Below, one piece after another: positions 62,699-64,000 of a stretch of DNA of 64,000 nt; positions within the stretch are counted from its first letter, which is position 1; each line of letters opens with the position of its first letter. The position numbers were made by a program, and so were the translations under genes. The notes below the pieces were generated by a model. The model worked only from the letters and a program-made list of their open reading frames with translations. It did no database searches and had not been told where the DNA came from. The stretch covers positions 21,142,001 through 21,206,000 of the forward strand of contig NC_088853.1 in NCBI RefSeq assembly GCF_963853765.1, read 5' to 3'. This DNA comes from Magallana gigas. Lineage: Eukaryota.

Positions 62699-63959
62699 TG
62701 GTTCTGTGTCTTTAGATGGTACTGACTTGCATCCTATTAAAATTTTGAAGGACACAGGTGCTTTTCAGTCTTTGTTTCTAGAGGGCGTGCTGCCACTGTC
62801 TGAGAAGTCATATACTGGTTCCGATGTGTTGATTCAGGGTGTAGAGTTGGGATTTGTGAAAGTTCCTCTTCATGAGATAGGTTTGAGATCAGATTTAGTC
62901 TCTGGAAATGTAGTAGATGGGGTTAGACCTACTTTACCTGTTAAGGGTGTATCTCTTCTGTTAGGAAATGATTTGGCAGGGGGCAAGATTGTTCCTGACC
63001 CAGTTGTTTGTAATAGGCCTAGTATCATAGGGGAGGAGGAGAATACAGAGTTATTTCCTTCTTGTGCTGTCACTAGAGCCATGGCTAAGAAACTTAGAGA
63101 TCCTGATCTGAAGGTAAGTCGGGAAAAGTTAGGTATGGGAAATGACTTAAATATTGGTCTAAATGAGACATTTATGTCCAATTTGTTAAAATCAGAAAGT
63201 CATACTTCCTCTGAGAACCAACATCAGCATGCATCTAAGGATGATGTGTTGGGTTTACATGAAATGTTTGATAAGACACCTCTTACTAGGGATAGGCTGA
63301 TATCTGAGCAAGAATCAGATTTAGAAAGTAAAGGTCTAACTATCCAGGTCTTGTCTCCTGAGGAGGCAGAAAAGGTCCCTATTTGTTATAATAAAAATCA
63401 AGGTGTTCTAATGAGAAAATGGCGTCCCCGTGATGCTCCTGTAGATCATGAGTGGCAAGTGCACCATCAGATAGTAGTACCTAGGGCATACAGACAAACA
63501 GTCATAGGTCTCGCTCATGACACGCCTATGTCAGGTCACTTGGGCATTAAGAAAACTTACTGTAGGGTTTTGGCTCATTTCTTTTGGCCTAAGATGAGAA
63601 AGGATGTAGTTGAGTACTGTAGGTCCTGTCATGTGTGCCAAGTCGTAGGGAAGCCCAATCAAATGATCCCTCCTGCTCCTTTAAATCCAATCCCTGCTTT
63701 TGAGGAACCCTTCACCAAGGTCATAATAGACTGTGTAGGCCCATTACCCAAAACTAAGGTAGGTAATCAGTACCTGTTGACAATAATGTGTGCATCTACA
63801 CGATTCCCTGAAGCAATTCCTTTGCGCAATATTAAGTCAAGAACAATTGTGAATGCTTTGACAAAGTTTTTCACCAATGTAGGGCTACCCCTGTCAGTAC
63901 AGTCAGATCAAGGCTCTAACTTTACATCCCAAGTCTTAAAACAAGTCATGTGTGAGTAA
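62652..63959 (+). pseudogene. pol 5' part: aspartic protease and integrase
   Basis: ILKDTGAFQSL, LLGNDL, HDTPMSGHLG...CRSCHVC, IIDCVGPLP, QSDQGSNF; premature stop at 63957-63959. Confidence 0.85.
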
Positions 63960-64000
63960 GGTATTAAACATCACACTTCAAGTGCGTATCACCCAGAATC

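Larger units (their letters stand above)
60914..64000 (+). mobile_element. 5' part of a Gmr1-type Gypsy LTR retrotransposon (PR followed directly by IN)
   Basis: LTR, perfect tRNA-Pro PBS, gag, protease DTG, then integrase HHCC and core with no RT in between; runs off the window. Confidence 0.85.

Overview
AT-rich animal genomic DNA, most likely an oyster (Crassostrea/Magallana-like bivalve, inferred from Cg170-type satellites inside Helentron-associated non-autonomous elements). Almost the whole window is a nested transposon graveyard. It contains: an intact 808-codon spliced ORF joining a DDE transposase core to OTU peptidase, CXC and Myb/SANT-like domains; two adjacent satellite arrays; two L1/Tx1 LINE remnants; an Academ transposase relic; a DIRS/Ngaro tyrosine-recombinase retrotransposon split by a Helentron-type element, with an SGNH hydrolase relic upstream; a full-length Ty3/Gypsy element (569-bp LTRs, ATAT TSD) carrying an extra zinc-finger/TQT-motif ORF behind pol; a Harbinger element (transposase plus convergent Myb/SANT gene) interrupted by an EnSpm-like element that itself holds a third element; and the 5' part of a Gmr1-type Gypsy (protease followed directly by integrase). 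The only host-gene-like sequence is a two-exon minus-strand piece at 57262-57835. The best candidates for new biology are the transposase-OTU-CXC-Myb fusion and the Gypsy accessory ZnF-TQT protein. All family assignments come from motif recognition by eye; no database search was run.
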